This document shows, one piece after another, positions 58,985 to 64,000 of a stretch of DNA of 64,000 nt. Source of the DNA: Candidatus Eiseniibacteriota bacterium (GTDB taxonomy: Bacteria; Eisenbacteria; RBG-16-71-46); contig OY970178.1 of the NCBI GenBank assembly GCA_963707915.1, positions 96,001 to 160,000 on the forward strand. The letters run 5' to 3'. A program made the position numbers and the translations under genes. The notes below the pieces were generated by a model. The model was not told where the DNA came from and did not search any database. It saw only the letters and a program-made list of their open reading frames with translations. Each line of letters starts with the position of its first letter. The first letter of the stretch is position 1.

Positions 58985-59893
58985 ATGAGAACGTCATTCC
59001 GACTCGTCGTCTTCGCTGCGGGACTCGCGCTCCTCGCACTCGTCCCCGGCGCCGCCTCTGCGAAGCTCCGCGTAGCCGCATCCCTCACCGATCTCGCCTC
59101 GATCGCCAGCTCTGTCGGTGGCGACCAGGTCGAGGTCTTCGCCATCGCCCGCCCCAATGCCGATGTCCATCGCGTGGAGGTGCTGCCCTCCTACATGGTG
59201 CAGGTCTCGCGCGCCGACCTCTACCTCAAGGTCGGGCTCGGGCTCGACCAGTGGGCCGACGGCATCATCGACGGCTCGCGCAACGCGAAGCTCAAGGTGC
59301 TCGACTGCGGCGCGGGGATCACGCCGCTCGAGAAGCCCACGAACGTCAACGCCTCGATGGGCGACGTGCACCCGTTCGGCAATCCGCACTACTGGCTCGA
59401 CCCGCGCAACGGCGTCATCGTCGCGCGTGAAGTCGCGGAGGAGCTGGCCCGGCTCGATCCCGCGCACTCGGCCGACTACGGCGCACGAGCCGAGGCTTTC
59501 GCGAAGGAGGCGGAGGCCGCCTACGAGCGCGGGCAGCAACTCGTGGCGAAGCTGCCGGTCCGGACCGTATTCACCTACCACGCCTCCTGGATCTACCTCG
59601 GCCACGCCTACGGGATCGAGATCGCAGCCACGGCCGAACCGGTGCCGGGGATCCCGCCCACCGCGAAGCACCTCCAGGAGCTCGTGAACATCGCGAAGCA
59701 GCGTGGCGTGACGACGCTGATCCAGGAACCCTACTTCTCGGACGATGCCGGGAAGTTCCTGGCCCGTGAGGCCGGGGTGCACGTGATCAAGGTCTCGCCG
59801 TCGTGCGACGGCCCGCAGGCCGGCAGCTACCTCGCCCACTTCGATGCCGTGCTCGGCCTGCTGGCCGGCGCTAGCCCAAAGGCCCGCCCATGA
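58985..59893 (+). CDS. Zn/Mn ABC substrate-binding protein (ZnuA/TroA family)
   Basis: DVH, GLGLDQW, GDVHPFGNPHYWLDP, YHASW, PGIPPTAKHL. Confidence 0.9.
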   Translation: MRTSFRLVVFAAGLALLALVPGAASAKLRVAASLTDLASIASSVGGDQVEVFAIARPNADVHRVEVLPSYMVQVSRADLYLKVGLGLDQWADGIIDGSRNAKLKVLDCGAGITPLEKPTNVNASMGDVHPFGNPHYWLDPRNGVIVAREVAEELARLDPAHSADYGARAEAFAKEAEAAYERGQQLVAKLPVRTVFTYHASWIYLGHAYGIEIAATAEPVPGIPPTAKHLQELVNIAKQRGVTTLIQEPYFSDDAGKFLAREAGVHVIKVSPSCDGPQAGSYLAHFDAVLGLLAGASPKARP

Positions 59894-60766
59894 CGGCTGC
59901 ATTGTCGTTGCCGTTCTTCTGGACCGCACTGGTCGCCAGCCTCGTGCTGGCCGGGATCCACGCTTACCTGGGGTTTCACATCGTGCGGCGCGGGGTCATC
60001 TTCGTTGACCTCGCGCTGGCGCAGATGGCGGCGCTCGGGGTCGCGCTCGCGCTGGTGCTGCGGGTGAACGAGAACGAGGTCCTTCACCTACCTGATCGCG
60101 CTCGGCATGACCTTCGTGGGTGCCGCGGCCTTCGCCTGGCTGCGCGGACAGGAACGGCGGGCGCCGCTCGAGGCCTTCATCGGGATCGTCTTCGCCACCG
60201 CGCAGGCCGCGGTGTTCCTGGTGCTGGAGAAGAGCCCCTCGGGTCCCGAGCACCTCAAGGAGACGCTGGCGGGCAGTCTCTTCACCGTCGACCCGCACCA
60301 CGTGCTCAAGACCGCGGTGCTCTACGCCGTCGTCGGGCTGGCGCACTTCCTGTTGCGCAAGCCGTTCTTCGAGATCACCAACGACCCGAAGGGGGCCGAG
60401 GGCCGCGGTCGCCGGCTGTTCTGGTGGGACCTCGCCTTCTACGGCATCTTCGGCTTCGTCGTCACCTCGAGCGTGCAGATCGCCGGGGTGCTGCTGGTGT
60501 TCGGGCTGCTGGTCATCCCCGCAGTGGCCGGACTGATGGCGACGCAGCGCACCGGGCCGGCACTGGCGATCGGCTGGGTGTTCGGGTTCACTGGAAGCCT
60601 CCTCGGCCTGCTCGGTTCGATCCAGTTCGATCTGCCGGCAGCACCGAGCATCCTGGTCTCGTTGACCGTGCTGCTCTTCGTGCTGGGGGTAGCCGTGACT
60701 CTGCGTCAACGGATTGCGGTCCAGCGCCAGATGCGCGCGGGGGGCAGCGAGCGGGCGGGCGCTTGA
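59890..60766 (+). CDS. Metal ABC permease (ZnuB/TroC family); frameshift near 60080
   Basis: HAYLGFHIVRRGVIFVDLALAQ, EAFIG, GVLLVFGLLVIPA. Confidence 0.85.
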
Positions 60767-60967
60767 GCGAAGGAGTTCCTACGGCAGGCCAATGGCCAGG
60801 CGACGGTGAAACCATCGCCGCAGCGCGTTCCACCCGTATACCCTGCAGGGCGTGCGCTACCGGGGGCTGCACTGCGGTTTCGACGCTCCGCCCGCGCGCA
60901 AGCCCTTCCGCGGTGGCCGCTGCGAGCAGCCATCGCTAGCAACCCCGACACCGTGGAAGGCGCCTGG

Positions 60968-61954
60968 CTAGAACGAGTGCCCGATCACGAACTTGAACAG
61001 GGCTGGGGCGACGAGTTGGTTGCCGTTGACGTGCTCGTAGAGCGGGACGTCAACGGTCAGTGTTGCGCGCAGCCTCGCGAGGCTCGCATCGAGCCCGGGG
61101 GCGGCCAGCACGCGAGTGTAGCCGCTGTCGCCCGGGTTCGCGTCGGCGCCCTGGTCGTGTGCGCGCGTCGCTCCGATGATTTCGATCAGCGGCGCCACCG
61201 TGGCGGCTCCAAATCGGAAGCCCGCGTGCGAAACCGCTGCCGTCAGGTCCACTTCGGAGCCCGGCCTGTACTCCCCGGAATACGCGAAAGGCCGCGCCCA
61301 CTGCCCGTCGACGAACCAGATCCAATTCCGGTCCGCCGTGAGCGGTCCGATGTGGTACACGCCCAACAGCAGGTCCGTGCTGCCGGTGCCGATCTCCGTA
61401 TCGCGATCGAAGTTGGCGTACTTGTAGTCGCCGGTCGGTAGCTTGAGTCCGGCCGTGACGCCCGTCGAGAGGTCAGCCGAAAACCCGGTGTAGATGCCCC
61501 GCACGCGCACGTCGCCCACCGCGCCATGGGTGAAGTCCACGACATTGCCGTCGTCGTTGGTCGTCTTGAAGAGCCGATTCCAGTACGGCACTTCGACGGC
61601 CGCGCCCCACGAGCGGGTCACCATGTACTGCGCGCTCGCGGTGACAAAGCTCGTTCGGATCTGCTTGTCGGCATTGTCGGACGCCGGCGCCGAGGCGGAC
61701 CCGCTCCAGTTGAGGTTCTGGTCCATGAAGTCGTACTCGAGCGAGAACATGCCTCCGCTCTGAGTGGGGAACATCGAGGCGCTGCCAACCTCAAACACGC
61801 CGCAGCCACAGGCGCAGGCGCGGGCCAATTCGGGAAGCACGGCGAGGAGCATCAACGCCGCCAGGGCACGTAGCCGGGAGGAGCGGTGGGTGCACGCTTC
61901 GGCAGGGCGCCCGTGGGCGGGCGAGGGAAGGCTGGTGTATGGCACGCGCTTCAC
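60968..61954 (-). CDS. Putative outer-membrane barrel with an N-terminal CACGC motif
   Basis: Signal peptide ending ARA, then CACGC. GAVGD, GLKLPTG, GTGSTD, terminal Phe. Start uncertain. Confidence 0.65.
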   Translation of the reverse strand: MKRVPYTSLPSPAHGRPAEACTHRSSRLRALAALMLLAVLPELARACACGCGVFEVGSASMFPTQSGGMFSLEYDFMDQNLNWSGSASAPASDNADKQIRTSFVTASAQYMVTRSWGAAVEVPYWNRLFKTTNDDGNVVDFTHGAVGDVRVRGIYTGFSADLSTGVTAGLKLPTGDYKYANFDRDTEIGTGSTDLLLGVYHIGPLTADRNWIWFVDGQWARPFAYSGEYRPGSEVDLTAAVSHAGFRFGAATVAPLIEIIGATRAHDQGADANPGDSGYTRVLAAPGLDASLARLRATLTVDVPLYEHVNGNQLVAPALFKFVIGHSF

Positions 61955-62225
61955 TCCTCGGGGTGGAAGGGGAGTTCGTTACGATCCGGACGCGAGCGGG
62001 ACGCTTGGACCAACCACGATCACGCGGATCTTGAGCCCGGGCAGCCAAGACAGTCGACGGCGCAACCGGAAGACCGGGCCGCAGCACCAGAACGATGCAT
62101 GAGGCAGCGGTGGCAGCGCATCGACAGAGAGTAAAGCAGCCCCTTTCGCGCCGGGCAAACGGCGTCGACGAAGCTCAAGGGGGCACGGCCTTGTCCTACC
62201 TTCGCAACTCCCTTCGAACCCACCA

Positions 62226-62385
62226 CTAGCAGCCACCGGACGGGAAGGCCCGCGAGGTGTGACACCGCCGGCAAGACGGCCGCCGAAAGCGCGAGCAGCA
62301 CCGCCTGCGTCGAGATCGCGCGAAGACCGAGATCCGGAAGCGTCACACGGTCGGCAATCCGAACATCGCTTTCCATCGTGTTCAC
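62226..62385 (-). pseudogene. Possible truncated ECF S-component-like membrane protein
   Basis: AAGGAGG then GTG 62385. AVLPAVSHLAGLPVRWLL, after which the hydrophobic pattern is lost. Confidence 0.35.
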
Positions 62386-62422
62386 GGCCTACCTCCTTCG
62401 TGCGGGACTGAACAGGTCAGCA

Positions 62423-62766
62423 TCACGCCTTGGCGACGACGTAGACGTAGCGCAGTGACTCGTTGCCCGTGTTCGTGACGTCGTGCTCGGTGTGCGGTGG
62501 GCAGTACGCCGTGCACGGGCCAGAAGGCGCAATGATTCGTGCGCAGGAAAGCGCATCTCGCCAGCACCCGAGAGCACCACGACAAGCTCCTCATTTGCCC
62601 CAGTGGAGTGTCTGCCGACGGATTCCTGAGGATGGAGTGTCACGTACCCCGAGCGCATGGTGACGCTCTCGGGAGGCCCATTGAGCACCGGAAGGTAGCT
62701 CTCAGCCATCGCGTCCAGTGGAACGAGTCGGGGCGAAAGGCTGTTCGTGATCGGTCCCGGCTTCAT
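62423..62766 (-). CDS. Cupin-domain protein; frameshift near 62525
   Basis: VGRHSTGANEE..VLSG, then YCPPHTEHDVTNTG..LRYVYV in the shifted frame, ending at TGA 62423. Confidence 0.8.
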
Positions 62767-62776
62767 GGCGGCCTCT

Positions 62777-63205
62777 CTAGCGGTGGGACTCCGTTCCCGT
62801 CGTCGTCATGGTCAGCTTTCCAGGTTTCACACCCTTGACTCTGGTCAGGCGATCCGCAAGCTCCCTGACCGCGCCGGCCGGACCTCGAACGGCGAGGACC
62901 TCCATGCAGTTGTGGTGGTCGAGGTGGACATGCATCGCGGCGATGATCGTCTTGCCGTGATCGTGCTGAATGCCGGTCAGTTGCGCCTGGATGTTGCGCT
63001 TGTGATGGTCGAACACCAGCGTCACATTGCCGGCAATCTCGCGCGTGCCGGTCTGGGCGCGATGCTCCACGAGCTGCCCGCGCACCATGTCGGCGACTGC
63101 CTGGGAGCGGCTCTCGTAGCCCTTGGCCTTGCGCATGACGTCGAGCCGTTCCATCAGCGCGGCCGGCATCGACACGCTGAAGCGCCTGAGCAGAGTCGTC
63201 TTCAC
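62777..63205 (-). CDS. nikR: Nickel-responsive regulator
   Basis: RHH domain RFSVS...GYESRSQAVADMVR. FDHH, QHD, HVHLDHHNCMEV. Confidence 0.95.
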   Translation of the reverse strand: MKTTLLRRFSVSMPAALMERLDVMRKAKGYESRSQAVADMVRGQLVEHRAQTGTREIAGNVTLVFDHHKRNIQAQLTGIQHDHGKTIIAAMHVHLDHHNCMEVLAVRGPAGAVRELADRLTRVKGVKPGKLTMTTTGTESHR

Positions 63206-63521
63206 GGTGCTGCCTCCGGCGCATTAGGCAACACGAAGAAGAGTAGGCGGTCAAACGCGGCGCCAGCGAAGCGCGTGGGAACGCTCGTCGAGGTACGGAC
63301 TGTTCCATCTCATCGCTAGGGGTCCGTGGCGGACGGAAGCCGGGGCACGGGATCCTTACGAGCGCCTGGACGCGGAGGGCGTCGCGATCCACGTCCAACG
63401 CGACGTGCTCACCGTCCTCCAGAGCCCAAAGCGGCTGACCTTCGCCTTCGGTAGCTTCGGCCGCTGCGTGCTTCGCCTCGAAGCCGCTCCGTAGCTCGCG
63501 CAAGGTCGCGGTTCCGCTCCT

Positions 63522-64000
63522 TCAGTGCGTGAACAGCCACGCTCCTCCGGCCAGGATGAGCACCGCCGCTCCCCACCGCACCCAGCGCGTGGTGGTCTGA
63601 AGTCGCCCCGGGCGCGCCAGCGCGGCGGCCGCCCCGACCGAGGTACCGGCCACCAGCAGCAGCAGCGAGTGCCCGAGACCATAGGCGAACAGGAGGCCGC
63701 CCGCCGCGGCAGGGCCGATTTGCGGCACCAGCCCCAACAGCAGCAGCAGCACCGGCCCGGTGCACGGCAGGGAGACGACCCCGAACACGAAGCCGAGGCT
63801 GAGCGCACCCACCGCGCCCGCCGTGCGCGTGACGGCCGAAGGCATGGGGATCGCCGGCAGGCGGAGCCAACCCAGGAGGTGCAGCGCGGCAACGAGGCAC
63901 ACACCCGCGATGACGTAGCGCCACCACGGCGCACCTAGGAGCGCCGTGGCGCTCGAGAAGACGGTGAACAGCAGCGCCAGCTCGAGCGCGAAGCCCACCA
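63522..64000 (-). CDS. ccdA: CcdA/DsbD-family transmembrane protein; runs off the right edge
   Basis: GFVFG...LPCTGPVL, LFAYGLGHSL. Confidence 0.75.
   Translation of the reverse strand, partial: VGFALELALLFTVFSSATALLGAPWWRYVIAGVCLVAALHLLGWLRLPAIPMPSAVTRTAGAVGALSLGFVFGVVSLPCTGPVLLLLLGLVPQIGPAAAGGLLFAYGLGHSLLLLVAGTSVGAAAALARPGRLQTTTRWVRWGAAVLILAGGAWLFTH

Noticed and set aside
60770..60900. Cobalamin riboswitch suggested by CGGTGAAA
   Set aside because: The other conserved elements are missing and there is no downstream gene on that strand.

Overview
GC-rich, gene-dense bacterial chromosome segment. T9SS-type C-terminal sorting domains plus a PorV/PorQ-family gene suggest an FCB-superphylum organism, possibly Ca. 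Eisenbacteria-like (inference). Left part: a MetY-like sulfhydrylase divergent from thrC-DUF1015, a czcCBA-type RND efflux operon behind a small Cys/His-rich ORF, a tricorn protease, a two-subunit fumarate hydratase, a complete IS256 with an 8-bp target duplication, trpB2 behind a Trp-Trp-Trp leader-peptide attenuator, potABCD plus a porin, a rhomboid protease, a cold-shock protein and an aminopeptidase. Middle part: mobA, psrABC-yeeE-yeeE-rhodanese, a TonB receptor / large secreted protein / PorV trio, a class C group II intron inserted after a terminator, a DUF2779 nuclease and two tandem secreted S1/P1-type nucleases. Right part: a selenium-dependent molybdenum hydroxylase operon (ygfM-xdhD-ssnA-mocA-yqeB-yqeC), tRNA-Cys, and a metal-uptake block with a RAPP-ending uORF, an OM barrel, ZnuA/B-like genes, a CACGC barrel, a cupin, nikR and ccdA. 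About a dozen genes carry single-base frameshifts that look like assembly errors. The strongest candidates for undescribed biology are the TBDR/secreted-protein/PorV module, the two metal-sensing leader-like peptides, the attenuated trpB2, and the nuclease-to-purine-catabolism neighbourhood. All family calls come from motif recognition; no database searches were run.
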